The notes beneath the pieces are model-generated. The model did not search any database. It saw nothing but the letters and a program-made list of their open reading frames with translations, and had not been told where the DNA came from. A DNA stretch of 64,000 nt, from the NCBI RefSeq assembly GCF_964194155.1, contig NC_135898.1, positions 48,360,001 through 48,424,000 on the forward strand, given 5' to 3'. The DNA is from Cetorhinus maximus. Taxonomy: Eukaryota. A program made the position numbers and the translations under genes. Shown in pieces: positions 1 to 12,932 of the stretch. Numbering within the stretch: position 1 is the stretch's first letter; each line of letters opens with the position of its first letter.

Positions 1-180
1 ACCCTGAACCAATAAAACAAAAAGGTGAAGCATACTCAGCCCTCGACGACAAAAATGAAATTTATCTCATTTTGACAACTCCCAACTATTTACATAAACT
101 TCCCTGGTCTTCATTCCCAGACCAGTATAGCTAAAGTAAACATAAATTCGCCTGTGCCCAGTCCCTCTTGTGCTCATATA

Positions 181-222
181 AAAGCAAAATACTGCGGATG
201 CTGGAAATCTGAAACAAAAATA
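181..222 (-). mobile_element. Penelope-like pseudo-LTR tail fragment
   Basis: aaagcaaaatactgcggatgctggaaatctgaaacaaaaa matches the ends of the longer copies at 4373-4616, 19534-19630 and 42671-42953. Confidence 0.55.
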
Positions 223-224
223 CC

Positions 225-998
225 ACACCACACAAGTGCCAGGCAATGACCACCTCCAACAAGAGAGAATCTAACCATCTCCACGTGCCATTCAATAGCA
301 TTACCATCGCTGAATGCCCCACGATCAACATCCTGGGGGTTACCATTGACCAGAAACTAAACTGGGTCAGCCATATAAATACCATGGCTGCAAGCACAGG
401 TCAGAGGCTGGGAATTCTGCGGTGAGTAATACACTCCTGACTCCGCAAAGCCTGTCTACCACCTACAAGGTGCAAGTCAGGAGTGTGATGGAACACTGTC
501 CATTTGCCTGGATGAGTGCAGCTCCAACAACACTCAAGAAGCTCGACACCATCCAGGACAAAGTAGCCTGCTTGATTGGCACCACATCCACAAACATTCT
601 CTCCCTCCACCACCGGCGAACAGTGACAGCAGTGTGTATCATCTACAAGATGCACTGCAGAAACTCACCAAGGCTCATTTGACAGCACCTTCCAAACCCG
701 CAACCTCTACCATCTAGAAGGGCAAGGGCAGCAGATGCACAGGAACATCACCACCTGCAAATTCCCCTCCAAGTGAAACACCATCCTAACTTGGAAATGT
801 ATCATGGTTCCTTCAGTGTTGCTGGGACAAAATCCTGGAACTCCCTTCCTAACAGCACCGTGGGTGTACCTATACCACATGGACTGCAGTAGTTCAAGAA
901 GTCAACTCACCACCACCTTCTCAAGGGAAACTAAGGATGGGCAATAAGTGGTGGCCTCACAAGAGACGCCCACATCCAGTGAACAAATGAAAAAAAAT
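225..998 (+). mobile_element. CR1-clade LINE, 5'-truncated 3' fragment (family 1)
   Basis: RT C-terminal peptide SLSTTYKVQVRSVMEHCPFAW..LDTIQDK..SLHHRR; conserved 3' tail ggatgggcaataa..gcccacatcc followed by an A-tract; homologous to 9296-10893, 11978-12932, 20670-21400. Confidence 0.9.
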
Positions 999-1409
999 GT
1001 TCCCATGTCAGAGCATTTTCCATCTGTTTCCCATTGTGCATTCTTGGAATGTGTAACTTTTGCCACTAAATAAACAAGAGAGGGTCACTTTGTAAATGAA
1101 AATTCCTGCCTGCTGTACATTCTTCCTCACCTCATGTAAAATGTTATTTTGTAATCCTGCTACTTCTGCCTAACTTGCTGTGTCACTTTCCTGTGTCATT
1201 GCAGCATTTGCTGTATATATAGGTATATGCAACAGCTGACACTTTCTTTCATGCCTACATATGACCTGTGCTGCCACTTGTCTCTGAGTTTGGTCATATG
1301 TTCAATCTTTGACTAACCATTAGAGCAAAATGTGACCATTTTAGCCACATGCATGAATTTTAGTAGAAGATATGCTACATACTCATCGATACAGGTCAAC
1401 CGAACCATA

Positions 1410-2088
1410 GGCCAGGATATTGCCCTCATCGGGCAGGCTCGGTGGGGTCGGGCCGGAACGGTCAGGTAGCTGACCGCCACCCGCTATCAGGGCCCAACCA
1501 CGATTTCACGCTGGCAGGCCAATTAAGGCCCACCCAGCGTGAAACACGTGCTGCAGCGCTCAGCGCTGCCTGTGTGGGTGGGGGGAGGGTGAGCAGGGAA
1601 CTTCCCATATGCGTGCAGGCGTGCGCAGGAAAAGCTCCCTGACACACAGAGCTGCCTCAGGGAGATGAAGATTTTGAAAAATTATAAAGAAAGATTTTAA
1701 GGATGTTAACAACATATCCCCTCATGTGACTATGTCACATGAGCAGGGACATGTTAGAAATTAGTCTGAGATTGTTTTTCATGATTGAAACCTCATCCCG
1801 CCCATGGATGAGTTTTTGCAAAAATCCCAAGGCCACTTGGCCTTTTCGCCTGCCCACCAACTGTAAGGTTGGACTGGTAGTGAAAATTTTAATTCAATTA
1901 CATCTTAATGACCTTAATGGGCCTTTTAATTGTCGGCTGGCGTGCTGCCGACTCCCGCGCGCGCACTCTGACCGGAATATTGTGCGAGTGTGAGATGACA
2001 TTGGGACGTTCACCCGTGGTCATCGCACGTCATTTTACGTTCATTCAGGTCGGGCACACGCCCACATGATGAGTGAAAAATTCTGGGC
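1410..2088. mobile_element. Harbinger/PIF non-autonomous element (MITE-like), family B
   Basis: Imperfect TIRs ggccaggatatt / aaaattctgggc; 3-bp TSD ATA (1407-1409, 2089-2091); subterminal motifs (tttcacgctggcaggccaattaaggcccacc; tcgggcacacgccc) shared with 44113-48859. Confidence 0.85.
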
Positions 2089-2768
2089 ATAAAATAGTTA
2101 CTGCACAGAAGAAGATCATTTGGCCCATCATGTCCATGCTGGTTCTCTGCATGTGCAACTCAGCTTGTTCCCCTTCCCCCATCTTTTTGCTTCAGTCCTG
2201 CAAATTGTTTCCCTTCAGGTGCTTATCCAAATTACTTTGGATAAAGCCAAGATTGAATCAACCTTCACCACATTCTCTGGCAGTGCATTCCAGAGCTTAA
2301 CCACTCACTGCGTAAAAAAAGTTTTTCTTCACGTCACTATTTGTTCTTTTGCCATGCACCTCATATTGGTGTCCTCCGGTTCTTGACCCTGCCACCATTG
2401 GGAACAGTTTCTCCCTATCTGCTCTGTCTAGATCCCTTGTGATCTGAGCACTTCCATCAAATCTCCTCTCAACCTTCTCTAAGGAGAACAACCACAGATT
2501 CTGCAATCCATCCGCATAACTGAAGCTCCTCGTCCCCCCGGAACCATTCTCATGAATCTTTTGTGCACCCTTTCTAAAGTGTTCACATCCTTCCTAAAGT
2601 GCGGTGCCCAGAATTGGACATGTTACTCCAGTTGAGACCAAACCACTGTTTTCTAACTTCCTTGCTTTTGCCTCGATTTGTAAAGCCCAGGATCCTGTAT
2701 GCCTTATTAACAAGTTTCTCAACCTGCCCTGACACCTTCAATGAGTTATGTACAATATGCCTCAGGTG
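2089..2768 (-). mobile_element. CR1 LINE 3' fragment (HER1-like, family 2)
   Basis: Minus-strand LFSLEK..RR..DLDRADREKLFPM and KNFF peptides typical of the CR1 ORF2 C-terminus, plus 3' tail. Confidence 0.8.
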
Positions 2769-3792
2769 TGTATTAATTTAACAAATATCTATCATCATTT
2801 AGTAACTAAGAGAGTGAAACACTCACAGCAATCAAGAAACACTCACAAACTCTGCTTTATGTTTTACTACCTTACCAACAAAAGTGCAAAACGGTTCAAG
2901 TAACACATGGATTCACCATGTGAATAAAAATACCGAGATCCCATGTCTATTGGCAGAACTATCACTCATTTTTAGTTTACTAATCAGAAATGCAATTAGT
3001 TAAAGCTGGATTCCCAATTAGCTGTTTGTGGTTCATGGCTAATTTATTGGACAATACAGCTTTAGCAAACAGCTAGGAGAGACCCAATGAGCCAAATGGC
3101 CCTTCTGTGTGCTGTAAGTAACTATAATCCTGTTTTTTGCTTTAGAAAATCAAGATACTTGGGGGTAGCTTTATGTGGGAATTCCATTGGGGTAAAAAAA
3201 ATGATCATAAATCCAAGTGTTGATAAATGAATGAGGGTGAAAGGATAAAGGGTGATGGTGGAAAGGGTGAAGGATCTGACAGGGTAGACAGGAAGCAACA
3301 ATTTCCTCTTTTGGGAGAGTCTAATGCAAGGAGAAATTACCCTAAAATTAGAGCTGTACCATTCCGGGATAATGCCAGTGTAGTTTTCAATTGTTCTGTG
3401 TTTGATTATGTGTATTTGTTTACTATTCATGCTCACTGTGCTTGATTAGTTAAACATGAGAAAAGTAAACAAACCTTAGAGGTTGCTGGAAGCAAAAAGC
3501 TGTAAGCATGGAACAGGCATTAAAAAAAATCTCTTGTTACCTTGGGAATGATAAAGTCCCATCATTCGGGGGGGTTACGTTCTGTGAAATCTCTCAAATG
3601 GAAAAATCGCGAACAGGGAACATGCTTTTGAAAGGGATTCAATTACATAGGTTCCAGCCATGCAAGGGCAGTACTGGTTTGGGCAGTTACTCTCCAGAAA
3701 AACTGTATTGCAGTATCTGTACAGGACAGATAGGGGATCTTCTGAACAATATATCAGTGAAAATTTAAAATTGAATAGAGCCTTTATTGCAG

Positions 3793-3986
3793 TTCTGGAT
3801 CCAGCAATTAGGACATTTCTGGGTTAACCCCTTCGTTCGGGCTGCACTTCAGCTGAAATCATTCCAGTCTCTGCTCCGTCATGATTGCCGTCTCCCCAGG
3901 GAAAGAAGAGAGATGGAGAAGAAACTGCCGATAAGCAAACATTGCTCACGCGATGAGCGACGCTGCGTGCAAAGTACAAAGTATTG
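3793..3986 (+). CDS. Candidate host exon (unidentified), possibly carrying a start codon at 3913 (MEKKLPISKHCSRDERRCVQSTKYW...)
   Basis: Acceptor cctttattgcAG at 3791-3792, donor tattg|GTaaat at 3987; one frame open throughout; good Kozak context gagATGG; locally CpG-rich non-repeat sequence. Confidence 0.4.
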
Positions 3987-4109
3987 GTAAATGAAAATGT
4001 GAATGAGGAAGTCGCAAACAACGGAACTTTATTGGAAATAAAATTCTTACATAGAAGCTGGTGTGTCATCTCTGCGTAGCTCCGAGATATAAAATATAAA
4101 AAAGTTAGG

Positions 4110-4345
4110 AAGAATTTGTTCACACAAAGTTAATGGAAACCTGAAATTAGCCCCCCAAAAAACTTCAGGATCAGTCACTTGAAAATTGCAAAACTGGGTT
4201 TGGTGGTTTAGGTGTGGGCATTAAGGAATAAAGAACCAAAATGGACAAATGAAGTTGAGATACATATCAGCTTGAAACAAATTGAATGGTGGAACTGACT
4301 TATGGGGCTGAATGGTCTACCCAGCTTTCTGCATTTCTTATGTAA
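4110..4345 (+). mobile_element. Degenerate CR1 (HER1-like) 3' tail
   Basis: ttcacacaaagt..gggctgaatggtctac..ttctatg tail pattern. Confidence 0.5.
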
Positions 4346-4372
4346 AAGTAAGTGATGAATTGAATATTGACA

Positions 4373-4616
4373 TTAAAGCAAAAAACTGCGGATGCTGGAA
4401 ATCCAAAACAAAAATTAAAATACCTGGAAAAACTCAGCAGGTCTGGCAGTATCTGCAGAGAGGAGCACAGTTAACGTTTCGAGTCCGAATGACCCTTCAA
4501 CAGAACTTACAGAACTTACAGTTCTGTTGAAAGGTCATTCGGACTCGAAACGTTAACTGTGCTCCTCTCCGCAGATGCTGCCAGACCTGCTGAGTTTTTC
4601 CAGGTATTTTTGTTTT
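4373..4616. mobile_element. Penelope-like inverted pseudo-LTR (palindromic) insertion
   Basis: About 95-bp inverted arms (~4412-4507 and ~4520-4612) around a short spacer; 17-bp TSD tgaattgaatattgaca (4356-4372, 4617-4633). Confidence 0.8.
4519..4559 (+). ncRNA. Minimal type I hammerhead ribozyme-like motif (mirror copy on the minus strand at ~4468-4507)
   Basis: cagtt-CTGTTGA-aaggtcattcggactc-GAAAC-GTT-aactg: stem I cagtt/aactg, stem II hairpin, palindromic ACGT stem III; A6 replaced by U. Confidence 0.55.
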
Positions 4617-6332
4617 TGAATTGAATATTGACACTTGCTGACTGTGGTGGCAGATTCAAGTACTAATAGCTGAACCCATGTGTTTAATAGAAATAGGAGT
4701 AATAGTGCAACACATATTTTATGTGAATATAAGAAAATATGGAAGAAGAATGTTTGGACCATTGTCTCCTCCACATCCTGAAATGCCTGCTAAAGACATG
4801 AGATCATAATCATTTAAGTAATTTAGTAACAGTCATGGGCACAGTTTTCTTTTACAGGAATGGAGAGCCCTTGATTAGATGATTTACCCACAATTCATAG
4901 CATAAAAAGAGATATAATGGTAACCAGGTGGTGTAAGGAATTAAGTACAAAGTAATCTGACCAGAGAAATAAATAACAGCTGAAAAACATTCACAGTAAT
5001 TAAAGGGAGAAAAGGGTAATGGAATGTAATGAAAAAAAATGACTTCACCTCTGGCTTCAGATCCTCTTTTATAAATATTGCCAATTCCACAGATAATAAT
5101 GAGAATTTGTGCCAATGTTATTTCTTTGCATTCATTGTGGTAAATCTCCTTTCTGACTATTTCTCTAAAATTAAGCACTTCCAATTCATTCGGTGCCCCA
5201 AAAGAACCGCCTTTTTGGGGAAAAAATTGAGATAAGAAACTGCATTCGACAATAGGTTGTTATTTCCACATTAGGTGAGAAACTGCTTTGATCACAATGA
5301 ATAGTGACAACATAAACACCCTTAACAAGGAATGGTCTTGAAATTACACTGTGGGATATTCACGTTACCAATGCTTAATGCACTTATACCAAAATTTTCT
5401 ATCCATCCTTTTAGTAGAGGATGAAGTCCATTTATTTTAAATGGGTCAATGCCAACATCAGGAGGAATTTCAGGTGCTGGTATGCTAATAACCCATGGCT
5501 AATGTTTTTGCACTTTCACTACATACAGAAGCCTCACGTCAATTCTCACTCCATGGCTTCCAAGCTTAACAGTCCAGTAAAACTATTGCACACTGCTAAC
5601 AGTATGATGCTTAGACCAAGTCATCTAGGGCACATCACCCTATAATTGTTTCATTGTGAACCATGCACAAGTGTTTGCAATTCATCATTAATTCCGCTTA
5701 ACGTTTGTCAGTGTGAATACAGTATTTGAAGTCACATTGTTCAAAATCTGAACTGGGAGAAGTAATTGTTGCCCCTGCTGAAATTTAAAGTCAACAGCTT
5801 CCAAGCACACGTGCTTCTATTAAAGAAAAATTGTGCTTTTAGCTGTTGGCACACATCCCATTGAACACACTGACCACCAACATCTGGAAGCAAATATCAT
5901 GTCCTGTGCAGCAACAAGACAATTTCCTATGGGAACGACTTTTTTTTTAAAAAAAAAGCTTGTACTGGATCTAGAACAGAGATTGTATGCATCCAGTGAC
6001 TAAATATTTAGCCAATTGCAAATCATGAAAATTAACATTTGAGTTAGCATTTCTTTCCTCCTGGAAAAGCTGTTTCCATAAAAACATGAACCCTTTTGGG
6101 TATCTAAAGTGAGGAGAAAGTGTTCTTCAGATGATTTTATTTTAAAGCAGGTGTTCACATCAGAAATGTTATATGGCTTAGTTGGGACTCCTGAATGCCT
6201 TCAAACTATTTTTTTCAATCAGATGCCGAATGTTTAGAACAGATGATAAAAATGTTAAAATACAGTCAGACTTTAGAAGACACGCTTTAAAAAAACTGCC
6301 TGGAATTCAGGAGTACAAATACTAACAATATT

Positions 6333-7137
6333 GGGCCAAAATCCACTGTAACTGGCAAATGAACAGCAGCAACTGTTTGTTTGACTTGCCCTTAGCTGTT
6401 TAATTTCCATCCACAAGTTGGTGTAGGTAGGAAAGCCAAATGGTGCAGGACATTTGGGACCTGAGTGAACAGGGCAAGCAACTGCATATCACCTTATCTG
6501 AGCGGGTTGAGGAATCATTACTGAACAGTGCAAAATCTAAGGCAGGAATTGTCAATTAGAATAGTAAATTCAATGTTAAATCATGTACAGAAAGCAAAAT
6601 AAAGAGAGAGGAAAGATTGAATTAAGGGTGAGAGATAAGATACATAAAGAAAAAGTTAAAAAACTTTTTAAAATTTCCAGAAACACTGAAAAAATGAAGG
6701 AATGAGATACCACACTTTTAAAAGTTAAATTTTGGTGCCAGAGATGTTGCTTTGCAATCGTTAAAACTTATCACATGAATGCAAACAGAACTTAGGTTGA
6801 AATGGACAAGCCCAAACTTTCTGTGGCAAGTTTACTTCACATTTGCAATGCAAGTATAGGAACTTCAAGCCAAAATGCCATTCTCAGGAAGATAATGGTG
6901 AATGGGTAGCAACTCCTGAATTTTTTTTAACCTAACCTCACATCTGCCTTCACCTGAAGTTACTGCCTGATTTGCACATAAATAAAAGTAAGAGCCATTA
7001 GCTTCAATGATGGGCCTGAGCTTCTCTGGAGTAACAATCAGCATCAGATTGCTACTCCATGCACAATTATTTATGTTAACTTTTTTTCCCAGCCTGTCTT
7101 GCCCGACCTTCCGACTCAAGCCAAGCAAAATCCAGGC
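6333..7137. mobile_element. Old non-autonomous DNA-transposon-like repeat (Harbinger-type ends)
   Basis: Ends gggccaaaat / aaaatccaggc; internal gggacctgagtgaacagggcaagca recurs inverted at ~16138-16165. Confidence 0.5.
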
Positions 7138-7289
7138 AGTGTAGCATGTCCACTAGGCCCAGAGTCAAAGTGCAGGGAAGAATCAAAATAAACGAGGCCA
7201 AGCCCCTTTTTTATGGCACTAGCTGCCATAAACCGGGTAAACTTAAGGCCCATTGAAATTTAAGGGTCCTTGACAGACCAGGGAGAAGG

Positions 7290-8530
7290 TAAGTGTCAAA
7301 GGTAAGTGGATAGGATTTAGGGAGTGATGAGGGGGGGGTGGGAATTGGAGGTTGGGGGGCTGGATTGGAGGTTGGTGGGGTGGGGGAATCAGAGGTCCGG
7401 GGCTTGGATTCGGTCAGGCCTGGGCCTGCAGGGGGGCAGGGTGTCGGTTCTCGGCGGGGGAGGGTTGGGCCTGAGGGTTGGTGGAAGGGTGGGTGTCAGG
7501 CCTCAGAGGGGGGGAGGGTGGACATCAGGGAGGTGAGGGAAGGGTTTTAGGCCTCTATGGGGGTCAGGCCTGCAGGGGGTGGGGGCGCAGTGCCAGGCCT
7601 CAGTGTGGTCAGGTCTGCGAGGAGTGGGGGGAGGATGTAGGCCTGCGGTGCGGGGGAGTCGGGACTGCAGAGGGGGTCAGGCCTCGGTTCTGTGGAGTGG
7701 GCTCACATCTCAGAAGAGTGGGGGGAGGGTGTCAGGGCGGGGAAGGCCTCGGCAGGAGTGCTGCCTGATCTCTGGTCGGGTCACTTCTGGCCTCTGGTGG
7801 ATGGGTGGAGTGTATTGGGACTCAGGGAGGGGGTTCAGCCCTGCGGGGGGTGGGAGCGAAGATGTTCGGCCTCAGGTGTGGTTGGACCTGTGGGTGGGAT
7901 CAGGCCTCAGATGGGGGTTCGGGCCTGCGGGGTGGAGGTAGGGTGGGAGGATCTGGCCTGTGGGTGAGGGGAGGGGAGGGGAGGGTTGGACCTGCAAGGG
8001 TGCAAGTTCAGACCTCAGGGGGCTGAGTGGAGCATGTCGGGGAGGTGTCTGACCTTGCGGTGGGTCAGGTCGGGCCTGGGGTATTAATGTGAGAGGTGGG
8101 TGTTGTCCCTTGGGGTGGGTCAGGTCTGCATGGGGTGTGGAGGGCGGAGTGTGTCGGGCCGCAGGGAGGAAGGTGTCGGGCATCGATTGGGGTCAGGCCT
8201 GTGAGAGCTAGTCAGACTTTTGGGGGCTGCGGGAGAGGGTGTTGGGCCTCAGGAGGGGGACATCAGGGAGGGCCTTGTTGGGGGGTCAGGCCCTGCGGTG
8301 GGTGTTCGGTCGGGTGCTGATATTCAGGCGCACCAGTGAGGGCTGGAAGGTGGGATTGGAGTCCCGTGCGGATGTGGGGAACCCATGGGGCGAGCTGTCG
8401 GAAGGTGGGGGGAGACCCCTGGGGGTCGGGGGTGTGGGGATTGTCCAGTGGGGGTGGGTAGTCGGGAATTGTGGGGAACCTCCTGAAGGGTTGGGAGGTG
8501 GAGGGAGTCCTTTGGGGGTGGGTCTGTACA
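7290..8530 (+). repeat. G-rich degenerate minisatellite with recurrent ggtcAGGCCT cores
   Basis: Strong G skew, many G3-G7 runs, about 20 aggcct/gggcct motifs. Confidence 0.8.
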
Positions 8531-9295
8531 ATGCTTACGCAAATGTTAGAGGTGGTTTTAATTCTTCTAACTTTTTCTGGGTGGCGATTGATGTAACCCA
8601 GGCAGAACCATCTGAAGTTTGCAATTTAATCGCAATTTCGGATGGTTCCCAGTGCAGGGCATTGCCCAGGGAAAGTTTGCGCTCCTGAGCAATTGTTGTG
8701 CAAACCCTTACCTGGGAACTTCCTAAGGGGATTCCCCAGTGCATCTTTGAGGTACCCCTCAATCTGACACTGGGGAGCTCGGAAGTTATCTTGATAGTAA
8801 ATGCAGTCCCAATGTTTGAAATATAACAGGTAAACTGTAACAAACCTCCGCTAATCACATAGGTTGTCTTGACCATTTAACCACCACCTTTTGCTTCTGT
8901 TTTTCTCTTTGTTCCTTCAAGTTGTACAGTTTCAATTCTGGCACTGATTTTGTCTACTTATTCTGAAGCCCATTTATCATGTCAGGTTCTAAAGGCAATG
9001 GAGGTTCTTCAATACCTTACTCTTGTGGTCACTTTTTGGGCGGTGTTTAAAGATGATGAGGAGGATCTTGCCCACTGGCTGGAGAACCGGTGAGAGCCCC
9101 CTGTCACCTCCTCCGGAGAAGGCCAACAAATTAGGTCCCAAAAAAGCACTCAAGGAGATGGTGGGGGACCATCGCACGGATCAAGGGCCCCAGCAGCAGA
9201 AATCCAGCCTTTCCACGAGCTGCAAATCAAAGGCCAGCAGCTGTGTTCTACAGGCAGTAGCAGAGGTGCTTCAACCTGAATGGGAAGGTCTGAAT

Positions 9296-10893
9296 TTTTT
9301 TTATTCATTCGTGCGATGTTGGCATCACTGGCTAAGTCAGCACTTACTGTCCATCTCTAATTGCCCTTGAGAAGATGGTGATGAACTGCCTTCTTGAACT
9401 GCTGCAGACCATGAGGTGTAGGTACACCCACAGTGCTGTTAGGGAAGGAGTTCCAGGATTTTGTCCCAGCAACAGTGAAGGAACGGTGATATAATTCCAA
9501 GACAGGGTGGTGTTTTGCTTGGAGGGGAACTTCCAGGTGGTGGTGTTCCCATGTGTTTGCTGCACTTGCCCTTCTAGATGGTAGCGGTCGTGAGTTTGGA
9601 AGGTGCTGTCTAAGGAGCCTTGGTGAGTTTCTACAGAGCATCTTGTAGATAGCACACACTGCTGCTACTGTGCGTCAATGGTGGTCACTCGTGGAGTGAG
9701 TGAATGTGTGTGGATGGTGTGCCAATCAAGCGGGCTGCTTTGTCCTGGATGGTGTCAAGCTTCTTGAGTGTTGTGGGAGCTGCACTCATCCAGGCAAGTG
9801 GGGAGTATTCCATCACACTCCTGACTTGTGCCTTGTGGATGGTGGACAGGCTCTGGGGAGTCAGGAGATGAATTACTTGCCGCAGGGTTCCTAGCCTTTG
9901 ACCTACTGTTGTAGCCACAGTATTTATATGGCTAGTCCAGTTCAGTTTCTGGTCAATGGTAACCACCCAGGATGTTGATAGTGGAGGATTCAGTTTTGGT
10001 AATACCATTGAATGTCAAGGGGTGAAGGTTAGATTCTCTCTTGTTGGAGATGGTCATTGCCTGGCACTTGTGTGGCACAAATGTTACTTGCCATTTGTTG
10101 GCCCACACCTGGATATTGTCCAGGTCTTGCTGCATTTGGACATGGACTGCTTCAGTATCTGAGGAGTCGCAAATGGTGCTGAACATTGTGCAATCATCAG
10201 CAAACATCCTCACTTCAGGTCATTGACCAAAGGAAGGTCATTGATGAAGCAGCTGAAGATGGTTGGGCCGAAGACACTACCATGAGGAACTCCTGCAGTG
10301 ATGTCATGGAACTGAGATGATTGACAACAACCACAACCATCTTCCATTGTGCTAGGTATGACTCCAACCAGTGGAGAGTTGTCCCCCTGATTCCCATTGA
10401 CCCCAGTTTCGTTAGGGCTCCTTGGTGCCACACTCGGTCAAATATTGCCTTGATGTCAAGAGCAGTCACTCTCACCTCACCTCAGGAGTTCAGCTCTTTT
10501 GTCCATGTTTGAACCAAGGCTGTAATGAGGTCAGGAGCTGAGTGGCCCTGGCAGAACCCAAACTGAACATCAGTGAGCAGGTTATTGCTAAGCAAATACC
10601 ACTTGATAGCACAGTTAATGACCCCTGATGATCGAGAGTAGGCTGATGGGGCGGTAATTGGCTGGGTTGGATTTGTACTGCCTTTTGTGGACAGGACATA
10701 ACCGGGCAATTTTCCACACAGTCGGGTAGATGCCAGTGTTGTAGCTGTACTGGAACAGCTTGGCTATGGGTGTGGCAAGTTCTGGAGCACAAGTTTTCGG
10801 CATTATTGCTGGAATGTTGTCAGGGCCCATAGCCTTTGCACTATCCAGTGTCTTCAGCTATTTCTTGATATAACGTGGAGTGACTCGAATTGA
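9296..10893 (-). mobile_element. CR1-clade LINE family 1, 1.6-kb 3' portion with RT core (decayed)
   Basis: Minus ORFs GPDNIPA..ANYRPISLLS, QFGFCQGHSAPDL, ALDIKAIFDRVWH, GVPHGSVFGP, MFADD, frameshifted. Confidence 0.92.
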
Positions 10894-11729
10894 CTGACCT
10901 TGGTTACTATCTCACTTGGAAGATGGTACATCTGATAATGTTGCATTCTTTCAGCACGGCACTGGAGTATCAGCCAGATTTTCATCTTCGTAACCTGAAC
11001 CTGTCGATTTTTCATTCACCAAATCTTTCTTGGTTTTACTGTCCTACTGATACTCCTCACTCCTGTTTCTAATTTGCCAGGCAATGAAAATAATTTTTTT
11101 ACTGTTTACCTTATCAAAATTTTCATAACTTTAGATATCCTGTCAACCTCTTTCCTTCCTGCGATAAAAAGGCCCAATGTTTTTGAGGCTTCAAACTTTG
11201 AAGCCTCATTTCAGTGCTATTCGAATAAACCTTCACTGTACCTTTTCCAGGGCTCTAATATCCTTCCCATAAGATATGAAGAGCATGCCCAGAGTGGAAC
11301 AAAATACTTCACTGGTGACTCAACCAACATTCAACATTATTTCTCAGCTTTTATATTCAATGTCTCTACATATAGAACCCAGCCTCCTACTGAATTGTTA
11401 TGGCCTTTTGTGCCTGCTGACTCACATTCAAAGACTTACGTATCTGCACCCTAGATATGTATTTTCCCCCACCCCACTTCACCAACTCTAACAAAGTGCA
11501 AAACCACAGGATATTGATGATGAGTAAAGGCTCCCTGTAAAAAATACAACTTTTTGATGGAAAATACTTTAGTAACTTCCTGAAGTGTATAAATGATAGT
11601 ACCATAAAAATATTTATATATTTAACAGATAATTGACTTATCACGTATACATATAATTGACATATCATAGATAGCAACTAATTAAATGAAATTATTTCTA
11701 GATTTTGGAACCCAAACTTGACATCCTTT

Positions 11730-11890
11730 CACAGGCAGATTTTTGTCTCACAGGGAATCAAGGGGTATGGAGAGTAGGTGGAAAAGTAGAGTTGAAGCCC
11801 GTGATCCACCATGATCGTATTGAGTGGCGGAACAGGCTCGATAGGCCATATGGTCTTCTCCTGCTCCTAGTTTTTATGCTCTTATGTTCT
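11730..11890 (+). mobile_element. CR1 (HER1-like) 3' tail
   Basis: ggaatcaaggggtatgg..ccatgatcgtattgagtggcggaacaggctcg..tcctgctcct..cttatgttct. Confidence 0.7.
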
Positions 11891-11977
11891 CAAAACTTAA
11901 GAAATTCATATTTATATTCATTCAATAAGAATGGGTTGAAAATTCTCCACTGATTAGAGTTATACCTATCAAAAAGA

Positions 11978-12932
11978 TGCTGTGGTTGCTGGAGGCAAAT
12001 CATCTCAGCCCCGGGACATCACTGCAGGAATTCCTCAGGGTACTGAACTGGACCCAACTGTCTTCAGCAATGATCTTCTGTCCGACATAAAGTAAGAAAT
12101 GGGGATGTTTTCTGATGATTCACAATACCATTCACAACTCTTCAGATATTCAGCAGTCCGTCCACACATGCAGCAAGCAGGATAACATTCAGGCTTGGCC
12201 TGATTAGTGCTCCACAAGTGCCAGGCAATGACCATCTCCCCTTGCCTTTCTATGGCATTTTCATTGCTGAATCCTCCACCGTTGACCAGAAACTGAACTG
12301 GACTAGCCATATAAATACTGTGGCAACAAGAGCAGGTTAGACACTGGGAATTCTGCAACAAGTAACTCACCTGCTGACTCCCCAGAGCCTGTCCACAATC
12401 TACAAGGCACAAGTCAGGAGTGTGATGGAATGCCCCCCACTTGCCTGGATGAGTGCAACTCCAACAACACTCAAGAAGCTCAACACCATCCAAGACAAAG
12501 CAGCCCGCTCGATTGGCACCGTATCCACCACTTTAAACATTCACTCCCTCCATCACCAGCACGCAATGGCAGCAGCGTGTACCATCCACAAAATGTACTG
12601 CAGCAACTCGCCAAAGCTCCTTTGACAGCACTTTCCAAACCTGCGACCTCTACCACCTATAAGGACAAGGGCAGCAGATGCATGGGAACACCACCACCTG
12701 TAAGTTCCCCTGCAAGTCACTCACCATTCTGACTTGGAACTATATTGCCGTTCCTACTGGGTCAAAATCCTGGAACTCCCTTCCTAACAGCACTGTGGGT
12801 GTACCTACACCACATGGACTGCAGCGGTTCAAGAAGCCGGCTCAGCACCAGCTTCTTAAGGGCAGTTAGGAATGGGCAACAAATGCTGGTGTTGCCAATG
12901 ACGCACACTTCCTAAGGGTGAATATATAAAAA
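11978..12932 (+). mobile_element. CR1-clade LINE family 1, 3' fragment
   Basis: gaattcctcagggt (GVPQG-like), degenerate FADD, VMECPPLAWMS..LKKLNTIQDKAAR, conserved tail. Confidence 0.9.

Noticed and set aside
7324-8688. Many overlapping Gly/Pro-rich ORFs
   Set aside because: By-product of stop-poor G-rich low-complexity sequence; no domain or splice structure.
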